Counted from the first letter of the stretch, positions 50,679 through 64,000 are shown. The stretch is DNA of 64,000 nt from Lama glama (GCA_028534125.1 CM052816.1:26786001-26850000), one strand, 5' to 3'. Numbers and translations are program-made. The notes: generated by a model from the sequence alone, not told the origin.

Positions 50679-52461
50679 CCTAGTGTAGGCACTCTTGTAT
50701 TTATAAACGTATCCCTTCCTGTCACAGGGACAATATACATTTCGCCTTTAATTCACTCAATTTCACCTTCCAGATTCAAGGGTCAACTCTGACTTACAAC
50801 AGATCAAAAGTCTTTCTCATCAAACTGGAGATCTTGGAAAGCCAATGGTTTGGAGTATGAAAAATCCTAAGTAATATGACAGCATTAAATCAGTTTCCTT
50901 TTTCGACTTACCAGAAGACACACGTAAGACACCATGCCAAAAATTGCCCCAAATCACTAATAACATTGGCTCACATCACGTGTTCTAAGAAATCTGAAAC
51001 TAACAGCTCTCAATTAATCTGCCCTGCTCTTTGATTGCTTGTTTATCAGATCGAGATAGATTTAATAGTGCTTGCTTAAAACAGGTCCTCTAATTGGAAA
51101 CATCACAGCATTTAGCTCACTTCGTACTCCAGCAATTAAGAACAATTTGGAAAAGTGTTGTTGATTTTTTTTACACTATTGTCTCCTTGATTAGATTTCC
51201 GAAGATCCAGACAAAACAAATGGCAATACTAGCTAGCACTACTGGTACCCAACAGCCAGATTACTTACTATGAGAAATGTGAGCCATCCCCATCCATTTC
51301 ATCAGTGTCTTACATTTATTTCCCTGTATCCTTGTCTCTTGTGTAGGTAAGTGGCAATACCTCTTACAAAAGGCATCATTTTGCGCCTACCTTTACACGA
51401 TTATCTTTTCTCCAAATAAGCCAAATCAACAGAAGAAATTATTTTTCTTGATTAAGCACCCGCATTTCTCTTGGGAGGGAACAAAACAAACAATTAATCT
51501 TTCCTTATTTGTTCTCAGAAGTCTCTGCCTCCTTAAACGCAGGCTATCCAGGTACCTGTGGCAGGCAGTCGGCAGCAATTAGGCCTGAGCAGAAAATGAA
51601 TGGACTCCCGGCTGAGGGCCTAATCTGCTGAGAGTCTGTGTGAGAGGGCAAGGTTACCCCAGGAAAATTCCCCTGTTGTCGAACACGGCTCAAAATTACT
51701 ACCTGACTTCAGCATAATTAACCAGGCTTGGGAATTTATATGAACTAAGTAATTGGAAAGAATTAGCAAGAGATATGTACATTAATCTTTACCAGTTACA
51801 CAGTGTTTAATGAAATTAAGGGTCCTGTGCTCATTCTTGCCTTGCTTAGTTTGCACACTTTCCGTTTCACCTGTAGAACGATGAGAATGTGCCATATGAA
51901 GATTTAAAAAAATTTTTTTTAGGGGGAAACTAGAAATAATCCAAAACTCAACAGCAGGCTCTTAAATAAATTATAATGTACCCAAAAGATAGGATAAAAT
52001 ATTACAGAGCCTTTATTAAAATTGTTTTTAAAAAGATTCTTTCTCTATTAGAGATACATACTGAAATATTTAGACATGAAAATATGATATCTTGGAGTTT
52101 TTTCCAAATAATATGGGACAGTGGGGTGAGAATATAGATGAGATAAGACTGCCCCTGAGTTGATAATGGCTGATTATCAACCATGGTGCTCGAAGATGGG
52201 TATCTGAGGTTTTACTACATTATTCTGTCTACTCTTTACATGTTGAAAATTTTCATTAAAACAGTTAAAACAGTTAAAAAAAAAACCCTTGTCTTAAGAG
52301 GAATACTTAACACATGGTAAATGTTTGTGATCTGTTTTTAAATTAAAAGAAAAGTTTATAAAGCATCACAGATGATATAACAAATATTTTTAAACATAGG
52401 ATTGAAAACATGTACAGGAAAAAGACAAAAGAAGTTCACTGTAGTTTTGAGATGTCTAAAT

Positions 52462-52673
52462 CAGGGTTTCCCAGCCTGGCCAATATTATCATTTTGGGCC
52501 AAATTCCTGTTTGTTCGGGGCTGTCAGGAGCACTGTAGGGTGTTTAGCATCCCTGAGTTCTACCTACTAGATGCTAGCAGCACCCCTATCCTCAGCCGTG
52601 GCAATCAAAAATGTTCCTTGGCATCACCAAGTGTTCCCTGTGAGGGAAAACTGTCCTGGGTTCAGAATCAGTG
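52462..52673. mobile_element. MER20 hAT-Charlie element
   Basis: ggggctgtc...gcactgtagggtgtttagcatccctg...ctacctactagatgctagcagcacc...aaaaatgt; 7/8 TSD gtctaaat / gtctaagt. Confidence 0.88.
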
Positions 52674-55600
52674 GTCTAAGTAGAAGAATCACAGAAAAAC
52701 ATTTTTATTCTTTGTATTTTTCATAACTATTGAATATATCCATATGTGCAAATCAGAACAATAGCAGACAAAACTGTTAAACTAAAAATGTATCAACCTG
52801 CAAGGAGAGAACTTTTGATGTCTGTGAAGAAATAGACCACTTCTACCACAAAATACATGACCATAAAATAGATACACAGGGGATCGTCTTTTGATTAAAC
52901 TACAGTCATCAAGCTAAAGGTGAACTTCACTACAAAAGCTGGGTCTTTTAGAACTCGTGAATCCATCACACACAAATGTAATGAAATACACAACATGAAT
53001 AACATTGGGTTTCCTAAAATCTTCTCTGAGTGAAAAACTGCAGTATTATTTGAGACTCAAACCCACCACAGCCACTTTAATGGAAATGATGTTTAAAGAA
53101 GAATAATGCTAGTTCAAGGTGCTAAATTTTATCAGATAAAATCATGTACTTTTTAAGATAAGTTTGAATGTGAAGAAAAAGTAATACGTGGCCTTTCTCT
53201 CCATACACATGAAATGGCATCACCAACTACCGGTTTCTAGAAGGGGCACTGAGCTGGCTTCCAAAGCTGTGGGCAGGCCTGTGTGTTCTCATCTGGAAAT
53301 AACATGCAGCCGTGAGCCCTGCCAGAGCATAGCCCACTCAAGAGGAAGACTGAACCCAACACATTTGTCTTATTAACCTGGTGCTTTGGTTTAGGGCATT
53401 GAATCTTAGTTAATGACTACTGAGACTACTTTTTAAATCAGCAGAGACTGCCAAATAAGATGGCCAACATTTGATAATCCATAGGTTTACAACCCCCAAA
53501 GCTTTAGGTTTTAAGCCTGATCAAAGCTCTGGGGCCACAGTGCACTGGAGTGCATATTTCCACTCCATCCCCCTCTTTCACAAAGATTCCCTCTATGAAA
53601 TTGTAAACATTTCTGAGGTTCCTAAAGCTTTTCAAATTGCCATTACTGATGTCACCCCCACTGATCTAAGCTACCTCTGAAGGCTCCTTATCCACAGTTT
53701 TGTAGATGAGGTTTCCACAAGGCTTACCTTCCTAGTGAGAGCAAGAACACATCAGAATTTTTAAAATACTGGTTTATTTCCTTGGAAGGAAAGTATACTG
53801 TGTTCTTTAAAGAAATCATATGTACGACTGGTTTTAGAAACTTAAAAAAAATTTCTGCACTAAAAATTATTTTAAATGAAGTATGTTACTTTGAGACCAA
53901 TGGGAACCAGGCAAATCACTGAAAAAATACATTTGAAATTAAGCAGCACAATTCTCTGTAATTAAAATGTAAATCTTTAAAATACAATATAATGAGAAAA
54001 AAATACGTTGTCCTAAGTAATTATTTGTAGCCTTCATAGAATGTTTCAACACAAAACAGTCTTATAGAACTATCATTAAAATTAAAACTCTATAGCTCCC
54101 TGCCTACAAAAATAAAATTTAATAACAGAGACTTCTTGATTTTTTTTTTCCCTTCAGATTTTGTCAATTACTTCACCTATTATGATGACAAACTTGTCTG
54201 CCAAATTCTGGATAAGTGGTTAGGGTTTCCCTGAATGAAAAACCAACCACTGAAACAAGGTTATAGGGTTTCCAACCACAGACAAGAGAAACAAGTATGC
54301 ACAACAGAATCTGAACACACTTGCTAGCAATGATGGATTTAAGTTATTAACAGATCAAAAAGAGATGGATGGTGGTTTGCTTTTCTTAATCTACATCATC
54401 ATCTAGATCTATTTAAAGATATGTGGTGCACCAACAAACTTGGTTAAGGTTTCGATAAAATCAGTAAAAATAATCTGCTCCTGTTACATTGAGTCTGTAT
54501 CAATCAATAAAATCACTTGTAAGAGCAAGGTACTGTTAAGTACTGACAATCCCAGCCATTAATATTATTTAACACACTGTTCACAATCTTTAACAAGAAC
54601 AAAGAACAGTTTGTCTCATGTTATAAACAGGACCTTCACAGATACCCTTACTTCTCTAGGCTTCTACAGGGGTTTTATGAAATTTAAACTGTACATCCCT
54701 CTTTCACTAATGCACCCCTCAAAAACAAATACACAAGGTCTTGTTCTTTACTGCAGGTGCAGTTCAAAGAAAGTCATTTATAAGTAGCAAAGCTGCTATT
54801 ATATCACTTTTTAATCTGTGAATTAAACTCAAAACTGGAAGGACCTGGGCTATAAGGGAGAAGGTGGCCGCTGGGAGAGTGACTTCTCTGCTGTACTCTG
54901 AGTTTACTCAGCTTCGTCGAGGCCTTCACCTTGTTGGGGTGGATTAAAAGAGAAATTCCCAACTAGTCCTCGGCCAGAGCTGAATGGCTAGGAACAGATA
55001 TGCATGTGTTTGACTTAACCCACAAAAAAGAAAGGTGGGAAAAAGAAGAAAATTATTTTACATCAGAGATTTTTTTCCATCTTTATAGATATCTATGGTT
55101 ACATGAAGAAGAAGAATGAGAAAATTCCTTTAAGAAGTAAAACTAATTTATCATTATAATTCTAACATATCAATTAGAAACTTGTTCTACATTTAAACTT
55201 TGCAGTCCTGGCTACTCACAATCACAGCAGTTTGATATGTAGTGGTTTGCAATTTTGCTGACATAAGCAAGAGGAAGCTCCTTCTCTTGTAAATGGACAT
55301 TGAAAACATTAAAAACTGAATCTCAGTTCAGTATAATTTAGTCTGTTGTTCTCAGCTCAGTTATGCCTACCCTACAGTTTGCATGGAGTGACTGAAAAAC
55401 AGAAACCAAAAAACTTTGGGGGCCTGTACAGGACTTGGATAAAAGGTCCCCCTCAAAAGAATACTAATTGCTAGTACTTTTTTTAAAAAACAAAGAAAAG
55501 GAGAAAATATGTAAGTATAAAAATGGCTTTTGGCCATAAAACAGATAGTTTTAGTAATTCAAGAGTAAAATGTCAAGTTTGTAAGTGGTTTATATAGTTG

Positions 55601-57149
55601 TGAAAATTAGGTCCATAATACACTCTAGTATGGAAGTAAGAAAATGTGGTTCATAAATGTTTTAGGGCATGCTCCAACCTTTTCCAAAATAAAGCACTAT
55701 TCCAGCATTTTAGAAGCAGTTCCCACTGCATAATGGGGAAGGGGACCAAGTGTCCACAGAATCTTGTCTTCGGGAGAGTAAAGAAGCTCGTGGAAGAGAA
55801 AGGTAACAGCCCAGAAGTAGGAAAGCTGTCCTCTGAAGCACAGGGGATGATTAAAAAGGGTCAAAGGCAGACTGAGTGACTCTACCATTCTGCGAACTTC
55901 AGAACATTAAACCTACATACAAGCCATAAAATTAAAAAAAAAACATGTTTAGGTCACGATGTAAACTCTTTGGGGGTTATCCTGTGGGACTGCTGAAGGT
56001 CTATTTTATACCACATGTGTACAAATATAACAGCTGCTTTTTATAAACATGTATGTTTCAGTTTGGCTTGAATTGAACAGCGTTATCTGCATGGCCAGTC
56101 ACCTTCTGCTACAGGTGGACTCTTCCAGAGGTTCTTTCATAACCATATTCTCACCTCTGAATAAATAGGATATAAAGTCCATTTTACTTTGGGAAGCAAA
56201 CTATGTCAAATAAAATCTTATAGTCAGTAAGATAATGAAACTTGTTTTCCAAACCTCTCCATGTGTTTGGAGAATGTGTTATAGGAAAGTACGTATGTTA
56301 TTCCTTGGTCATGTCTCCAGTGTAGATCTTGGCTAACCCTGAAAAGTGATTTAGCATTTAGCACTTACTAAGGCTCAGATTATCTTGGAAAGGAATCATT
56401 AGGATCTTAAAATCATTTACCTCTGTCCTGTGGGCATGCTGTGAACTCTGTAACTTAAACTTTCAGTTTGGGAGTAAATGGACATAGGAAATGAAGGTTT
56501 GCCCAAGGAAGGGTGTGCGGTACCTAAAAGGTGAGCTCCAAGTAAAGCTGCTGAAGGATACACCCCCAGGGAAAGGGAGAATGAGAAACATCCACTGTGA
56601 AGAATGGTCCTGCAGGGTAAAGGGGTGGAGAGGAAATGTCCTTTAAAAACTCATAACCCAAATTGGCCCCTTCTCAGGTTTGTAACCTAAATTAATGCCT
56701 TCTGGTGATCCAAACAAAACAAAACAAAACACTAACTAAAAAACACATAAGTCTGTGTGTGTGTAAATTCAGTTCAATCCTGGTCATAAAAAAAAAAAAA
56801 CCCAAAGAAAAAGATACCGGGAAATTGATTGCTCAGCCTAAAATTAAAAAAAAAAAAACAAACCTCAAACAAACTTAAAAACTACACACATATACTATGA
56901 AGAAACAAGGCACCATGAGCAAGAACCAGCAGAAACAACAGTCAATTTAGACCTATGAAGATACCAGTTATTACAATTATCAGACTCAAAAAACCCTCAA
57001 AAATATTATTTAAAAATCTATAAAAAATATACCTAGATACAGAATAACTATAGTAATAAAGTTCTACAGTAAAATAACACCAAAGATAAAAAGAAGATCC
57101 CAAAGGAATCAGAGAAAACTGACAGATTACTTTCAAAAGGTAAAAGACT

Positions 57150-58070
57150 AAATCGTTCTAACTGTATGTAAGAATTGTTTTATCAGACATTACTTTACCT
57201 CAAGAACCTGGACCATCTCATTTTGCTAAAACAATGTGGAACAGATGTGATGTTTGTGCACCAAGATTTAGTTGACAAATGCTTTACCCTACTTGACAAA
57301 AGAATATACACATGTGACTAGAAGGATACAGAAAATGCAAATACTTTTTAAAAAATTCATTGAAATTTAGTCATTGTAGTTGGTGTTTGTAAATCTAAAA
57401 ATGAAAATAATCTATAATTATGCAACATTAGCCACTGTCTCCTCAATGAAACTATTAACTACCAAGGTTTTGGATTTTAACAATGCATGTCCAAAGAAAA
57501 AAGCCAGGTGCAATGTTACACTAGAACCTATTAGAGATGCATTTAAAATCTGGAATCAGTATCTATAAGATGGTTTATGTTTCGTGTTCATGCACTGCAG
57601 CTGATGAACAATTAGGTGTACTGTTCAAAGGACGCTGACCTTAGTTTGAGATTAGCCACTATATATAAAAATAGATTTAAAAAAACCCCAAATTTCTTCT
57701 GTATAGCACAGGGAATTATATTCAATATCTTGTAGTAACCTTTAATGAAAAAGAATATGAAGACAAATATATATATGTATATGCATGCCTGGGACATTGT
57801 GCTGTGCACCAGAAACCGACACATTGTAACTGACAGTATTGCAGTTAAAAAAAAGAAGTTGCCCTTTAAAAACCTGGAAGATTAGGACTAAGATTTTGGA
57901 TTTGCTCTCTTGAAATTCTGATAAAAATTCCAATGAAGTTGTCTTTCACCATCTCTTTATTTGAATTTCTATAAATTATTCATAAAATATCTTAACTAGA
58001 AAAAACCAAACATGGCCCACTGAATTCAGATGATAGTGATAATCATTTTTCCTGGGAAAATGAGAGTTAA
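57150..58070 (+). mobile_element. piggyBac-family (Looper-like) DNA transposon fossil, interrupted by an L1 tail
   Basis: Decayed transposase motifs LEPIRDAFKIWNQYL, ADEQL, FKGR*P and a KPG-like remnant; element ends ...gagagTTAA (58067-58070), the piggyBac target site. Confidence 0.8.
57643..57854 (+). mobile_element. Cetartiodactyl-type L1 3'UTR fragment with A tail
   Basis: ctgtatagcacagggaattatattcaatatcttgtagtaacctttaatgaaaaagaatatgaa...tgctgtgcaccagaaaccgacacattgtaactgac followed by an A run. Confidence 0.88.
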
Positions 58071-58229
58071 TGCATTTAAAGAGATAAAACAGAGGTTTGA
58101 AAAATATGAGCAAAAAAACAAGGAGTATTTAAAAACAAACACATACCCAGGCTGATTAGGAAAAAAAAAGCAAACATAACTGCCAGAAACAAAAAAATCC
58201 TACTATTACAATTTAAAATTCAGTGGATG

Positions 58230-60260
58230 CACTTCTACTTCCAGTAAGATGGAGTAGATATAATTTTCCCCATCCTTCCTAAGTACAACTAAACCCCCTC
58301 AACATTCCGTATAAAGCAAACATAAGAAGACTGAAAGATTGAAGGAAGCAAGGATACCTTCCAGGACCTGAGGAATGATACAGTGGCGAGTTTTATCTTT
58401 TCTCGGTTTTCATTTTGCCCCTGCCTTGGAGCAGAAAAAGCCAGCAACCAGGAAATATCAACAGATGCAGACAAATAAAGCCCCCATAAAATCCTGCTTC
58501 CTCTCAGAGAAACAGCCTAGCAAGACAAAACTTTTCAACCCTAAACCACTCTACTCCAGCCAAATACCACAGGAGACACTGTGGCCCAGCTCCCTTCATG
58601 CCAGCAAATGCCTAGTGGGAAACCTAGATTTCTACCCTTGTGAGGCTGGTAATGACGTGCTGGGGAAGTGTCAGAGAAGGCCAAAAAAGGAGCTGGGACT
58701 TTCATCTCCACCAGCCAGTAATGTGCCCCCACCTACAGAGTCCGTGTGGGGAGCTGGAACTCCCATCCTCTCAGCACTGATGAGGAGTACCCCTCCTACC
58801 CCAGGTGTCAATGACACTAAGTGAGGATTCTGGTTTTCTACCTTCACTTGGTAGTAACAAGTTGGCATCTCCTGTTCTCCACCTTCTTCTGACCGAGCAA
58901 CATCAGAGAGAGCCAGCTCAAGCAGAATGTTTGAATAAGATCCAGAGTCTCGTACCATAATACAAAAATGTCTAGGATTCAACCAGAATTATTCATCATA
59001 CCAAAAACCTGGAAGATCTCAAACTGAATGAAAAAGTCAATCAATAAATAAATGCCAACAATGAGATGACAGAGATGTTAAAAATTATCTGACAATGATT
59101 TCAAGGCAGCCATGATAAAAATGTTTCAATGAGTAATTATGAACACATTTGAAACGAAAGAAAAAAGTAGAAAAATTCAACAAGAGAAATATAAAGCTTC
59201 TGCAGAAAATAAATGCTATATGGAAAAATCAAATGGGGTTTTATAGAATGGAAAAATCCAGTAACATAAATAAAAAGCTCACAGGAAGGGTCCAACAGCA
59301 GAATGGAAGGAACAGAGGAAAGAATCAGTCAACTGGAAGACAGAACAACAAAAATTATCTAATCTGACCAATGAAGAGAAACAGTTAAAAATCAATTAAT
59401 TAATTAAATAAAAGGACTTGGGGCCTTGTGGGGCTATAACAAAAAAAAAGCTAATATTCCTGTTACCAGAGTACTGGAAGAAGAGGGGAAAGAGAAAAGG
59501 GTGAAAAATTACTTAGAGAAATAATGGCTAAAAACTTGCAAATTTGGCAAAAGAGATAAACCTATAGATTCAGGAAACTAGGAGAACTCCAAATAGGAAA
59601 AACTCAAAGAAATACACACCAAGACATATCATAATTAAACTTCTGAAAACCAATGACAAAGATAAAATCTTGAAAACAGCCATTTTAAAACAATATATTC
59701 ATATAGAGGAAAAGCAATTAATATGACAACAGATTTTTAGCAGAAACCATGGAGGCCAAAACAAAGCGGCACAGTATTTTCCAAGTGCTGCAAAAACAAA
59801 AAAGAACTACTAACTAAGAGTCCTATATCCAGGTTGATCAGGCTGAAAACATTATAAAGTCTTTGTAATATTCAGGAGGAAACTAAAGATAACAGGTAAC
59901 CACTAAAAGAAAAGATACAAACTGACAGAGAGGAGAAAATGGGAAGAGAAAAGGGGAGGGAAAATCTGCCACCAATCCAAAAGCAGGGAAGAAAAGAAAA
60001 AAGCTCATAAAGAGGGACTAATAAAAAGATCATGGATGGTTGCACTAAGCCCAATTACATCAGCAACCATAAAAATGTAAGTGGAAAATTTTAACATACC
60101 TCTCTTCTTATAGATCAAGCAGCCAAGCTAAGATATAAGAGATGTGCTTTAAAAACTTCATCTGATTATACATACTTCACTGCACTCAAGAATTAGAGAA
60201 TACACATTCTCAAGCACACGTGGTCAATTTTCACAGATGCTTCATGCACTACTGGAAAAG
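58230..60260 (+). mobile_element. Old L1M 5'UTR, ORF1 and start of ORF2, decayed
   Basis: acttccagtaagatggagtag 5' start; ORF1p remnant EINL*IQETRRTPNRKNSKKYTPRHIIIKLLKTNDKDKILKTA near 59550-59680; agaatacacattctcaagcacacgtgg from the endonuclease region near 60200. Confidence 0.85.
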
Positions 60261-62578
60261 TTAAAAATACAATACTCTTTGATCCAGAGCAGACTTCTGA
60301 CCAAATGGAACATTATATTGTAATGTATAATTTACAAAATGAATGAGGGGTAGGCTAGTCAGGTAGATAGGGCCTTCTGAAGATAGCACTCTGCATGTCC
60401 TGTATAACAAATCAGCCCAACTCCAGCTGTGGAACTGTTTTCTTAGACCAAACTTCTTTTTTTTTTCAGAGATTTATATTAGCTTCGGTTATCCTTCTTC
60501 ATGAGTTTCTATGTGCTATCTCTGTTTTGCTCCCCAAACTCAATGTACACTTACTGTTCACTTCTTATGAAAAAAGGTGAAAATATAAACAGCTGTTGTT
60601 CTTAAGTAAGAGACATAAGACATGAGTCAAGAAATGACACCTCAGTCAAGGCTTCATTCCACTGGGGGTTGATAAAGCATTCACACTCATCTAACTTCCA
60701 CCTGGCTCCCACTGCATGCAAACAGAATCAGGGGGAAGAGGCAGAAGAGAAAGCGTCCTTGAACTCCTCTGAGACTTGACTGACAACCAAGCCCTCTCAG
60801 TCCCTTGACCACATCTTTCAAGCCCTGTTTCTGAGAATAGAAAATTCTAAGCTCAGTTTGAGTGTCACTGTAAACTCCTCTCTATGCCAGATGATTTTAT
60901 CTGCATATTTATATCCCAAGTACAAACAACTTAAAATGTTTACACTGAGGAGTAATGGAAGTCATGTGTCAAACACACTGGGAGGAGAGAGTAAAGCTTT
61001 CTTCAGAACTAAAGCTTGAAGATATACAATGTCTGTGGACAATCTGGCTTACAAATTAGAATGCATTGTTTACCTATTCCATTTAATTATAGAGAACATG
61101 CATTTTTACCCTTTGGATACAACGTCTAAAGTCTTGTTTTTGGGTTTTTTGGTTTGGTTTTGCTCCGCACTGTCGCCTGAGGCTCTGGAAGTCTCATCAC
61201 TTCATATAGAGAGTCTCTAGGCACATGGCCACTTGTTTTCCTGTCATTTGTGGTCCCCATTTCCTTTAATCTCCACTCCCGCGGAGACGTAGTGAAGGAT
61301 CCAGCCACCATGGCCCAAAGCAGAAGAACAAAAGCAGTGAAGACAGCTCTCCTCTGACGACTGAGGGCTCCACATGTCAGCTTTCCTACGTGATGCTGGA
61401 AAGACCAGTGGAACCACAGGAGGCCATGGACAGGCTCTCAGCATCTTTCTACTGGGGGAGAGTCCTGTGACTTGATCACTAAGTAAGAGCCTGGGGCGAC
61501 AGCTTTCCCTCAGCTTCTAATCACCAGTCATGCAGACACGACCACACAGAAAAGCTCTACAGAGGATACAGCATGGCTTCACACAGTCCACAGTTGTCCA
61601 CCCAAACAGAATCCACTGAAGGCTGATGATGAAGGGGTCGCGAAGATAGCAATGGATGAAGACAGTCATGGCTGCTGGCTTCTCTGATGCAGCGTCTTGA
61701 ATGGATAGATCATCATGGTAAACCCGTAACTCTTAGGTCAAATCCAGCTCTTCATTTTTTGAGACTCAGAACCCCACTCTACCCTATCCCTCCTCATCAT
61801 GCTCACCTTAGTCATTGTCATGTGTCAGCCTCTCAAGTGAACTCAGGTGTCCTGGCTCACACAAGGTTTCTGCACCCCCTGCCCTCCTCTCAGCCGTGCC
61901 CTGCACAGTGCACTTGGGATTAATGATAACTGCCCTGAATATTCACCCGAGGCCTCTAGCCCTTCTGGTTTTGAAACTCAGAGAAGATGACACCGCTCCA
62001 CACTCTCCTTTTGCTTTTTCTGTCGCTTGGCAGAGAGATTACTTTGTCTTATCTTACTGAGGTAGTTACATTGCTCCTCCCAGCTGCAGAAAAGAGCATC
62101 TTATGCATTCTTTTAAAAACACACATTCTAATTTTCAGAGAAGTTGGCACTTCATCAGAGGTAATTTTTATACACTCGTTCTCAATTTGATTCCTTAGAT
62201 GTATTAAGCCAGGCCCCCTGAAAATGCAGTTTCTCTCATTATCTCCCCAATACTCAAAACCAAAAGGCTGGGAATGTTATGAGGAAGCAACAGATCTTAG
62301 AGGGGAAAACAGAACAAAATTTGCAAGGTTAAACAAAAACATGGACCAACCCTCTATACAGTTTTTACTTTAAATTTTTGCTTCCCCAATCCACATAACC
62401 AATTTTAAACAGAACCTAATTAAAGCTAAAAGACAACATACAGTTTTAAATCTTTTAATCTAGAATGTTTAGTTGCTTGATGTACTTTGTATCACACCCT
62501 TAAGTTCTGAGAAAAAATACTGAGATATGTGATTATTTAAGCTACATGAAATTAATTGAGGATCGAAACACATCTTAC

Positions 62579-62683
62579 CTGTAAATATGTTTCCAAACCT
62601 TGTCGTCGTTGTTCCAAGACTTTTGGGACCCAGTTCCGAACATGTTTAGAGGGGATTTCTGGAGTTTTAATACATTTTTTAAG
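62579..62683 (-). CDS. SNX24: Sorting nexin 24, coding exon 3 (105 nt, PX domain)
   Basis: Minus strand tttatag|CTTAAAAAATGT...TATTTACAG|gtaaga encodes LKKCIKTPEIPSKHVRNWVPKVLEQRRQGLETYLQ, phase 0/0. Exons 1-2 lie beyond the window end. Confidence 0.96.
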
Positions 62684-63358
62684 CTATAAAGACAAAAACA
62701 GAAAAAAAAAACCCAAAGAAAACATCTTTTAATTATAAAGACATTATTTGAGGGGAAAGCCAATAAAAAAAAAAAAGTGAACCACTGCTATTTCCAGTAA
62801 AAAAGATAAAGGAAAATATAAATACACTGTAATTGTGTCAAAAGATTCTTTATTTGGCTGTCCTAAATGTTCAGGTTTCAGGACAAGAGCTGTGTGTTCT
62901 TGGAGTTGTTATTGTGCACCATCTAGTATTCTGGACTAGAATTATTTTTTCTGTAAAATTAGAAGTTCAGTAGATGAATTATAAAGGAAATATCAAAGTT
63001 TAAAATTTCCAAAATCAACTAATACAACAAAATTTTGGTTGGAAGAAGCACTTTTCTGATGAAAAGTCCACGTATTTTTCAGATAAAAAAGCAAAATAAA
63101 ATGCAGTTGTTTATAATCATCCCTGGAAATGCCATATGAACTAGACTGTATCATATGGAGAGTTTTTTAAAAGTTCTATGATTAAAAAGAACTAAAAAAA
63201 TAGAGAGACTGATCCTTCCAACATCCCTAAGCATTGGGTCCAAATTCTGTTGATGAAAACTGAATGATGATTCTCATCTAAGCCCTTCTCCACAGCAGTT
63301 TTAAGGGGTTATTATATAAATTAAGGAAAATTCTATTGGAAGTTGAGTTAGAGCTGCC

Positions 63359-63680
63359 TGTCACAGGCGCATCCTATCACATCCACACCTAAACTTGTGA
63401 ATATTACCTTACAGAGCCAGGTACTTTGTAGATCTGATTAAATTAATTATCTTACAATGGAGAGATTATTCTAGACAACCTGGGTGGGCTCGATGTAATC
63501 ATAAGGATCCTTACAAGAGGGAGGGAGGAAAGTCAGAGTAAGGGAGACTGGAAGATGCTATGTGACTGGCTTTGACGATGGAGGAAGGGTCATGAGCCCA
63601 GGTGATCTCTAGAAGCTGGAAAAGGGAAAGGAATGAATTTGTCCCTACAGTTCGTTGACACTTGATTTTAGCCCAGTGAA
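63359..63680 (+). mobile_element. MLT1D-type LTR; a second older MLT1 fragment follows to the window end
   Basis: tgtgaatattaccttac...tggagagattattctaga...ggtgggctcgatgtaatcataaggatcctta...ctctagaagctggaaaagg...cttgattttagcccagtga. Confidence 0.85.
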
Positions 63681-64000
63681 AGCAAGTGGAGCAAACTCAG
63701 CTGACTTGTACCTTCTGTCCTACCCCTCTTTCACCTCTTCCTGCCTAGAATGTGACCGTGATGGCTGGAGCTGCCATGACCATCTGCCACCATGAAGCAA
63801 CTTGGGATGGAAGACAGGTATACAAATGACTGAACAGAAAAAAAGGAGTCAGTGCCTGAGCTCCTCCTGGAGCCACCACAAGAGCCAGGACTGCCCACCT
63901 CCAGACCTGTTTTTTAGGAGAAAAAAACTGCCCCCCTCCATCCTTATGACCAGGTTACCAGTATGTGGAATTCCTGTTTCACACACCTGAATTTAATACT

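Noticed and set aside
50912..50993. 82-nt minus-strand pseudo-exon with CTG|GTAAGT donor
   Set aside because: The acceptor (gctgttagtttcag) has a poor pyrimidine tract and a competing AG; weaker than the 37599-37667 candidate.
58375..58824. 149-aa ORF and overlapping minus-strand ORFs
   Set aside because: Lies within the decayed L1M 5'UTR; repeat-derived chance ORF.
61304..61357. Perfect Kozak GCCACCATGG opening MAQSRRTKAVKTALL*
   Set aside because: Only 15 codons, antisense inside an SNX24 intron, no promoter or CpG island; one 10-mer match in 64 kb is not strong evidence.
1..64000. CRISPR arrays, operons, tRNA/rRNA genes, CpG-island promoters
   Set aside because: None seen. The DNA is CpG-depleted mammalian intron and intergenic sequence, both gene promoters lie outside the window, and the many short GTG/TTG-start ORFs are artefacts of a prokaryotic-style track.

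Overview
Mammalian (eukaryotic) genomic DNA, mostly intronic or intergenic. It holds the 3' ends of two convergent genes: the last coding exon and 3'UTR of PPIC (cyclophilin C, + strand, 1828-~2480) and five coding exons plus 3'UTR of SNX24 (sorting nexin 24, - strand, exons 3-7 by the human structure, 62683 down to ~14580). All SNX24 exons have GT-AG boundaries and join into one open frame. The rest is old mammalian repeats (L2, MIR, L1M, MLT1/LTR33, MER5/MER20/MER58/Charlie hAT elements, a piggyBac Looper-like fossil), two short cetartiodactyl-type L1 tails and microsatellites. No Alu, ruminant, pig, whale, carnivore or horse SINEs were seen, so a camelid source is inferred. Nearly all ORFs in the supplied track are spurious. 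I found no convincing undescribed biological system. The best leads are a diverged ~450-bp duplication shared by the SNX24 3'UTR and last intron, an intronic-polyadenylation SNX24 isoform, a candidate 69-nt poison exon, and a nested L1/piggyBac/L1 cluster. Gene and repeat names come from remembered proteins and consensus sequences, not from a search; repeat boundaries are approximate.
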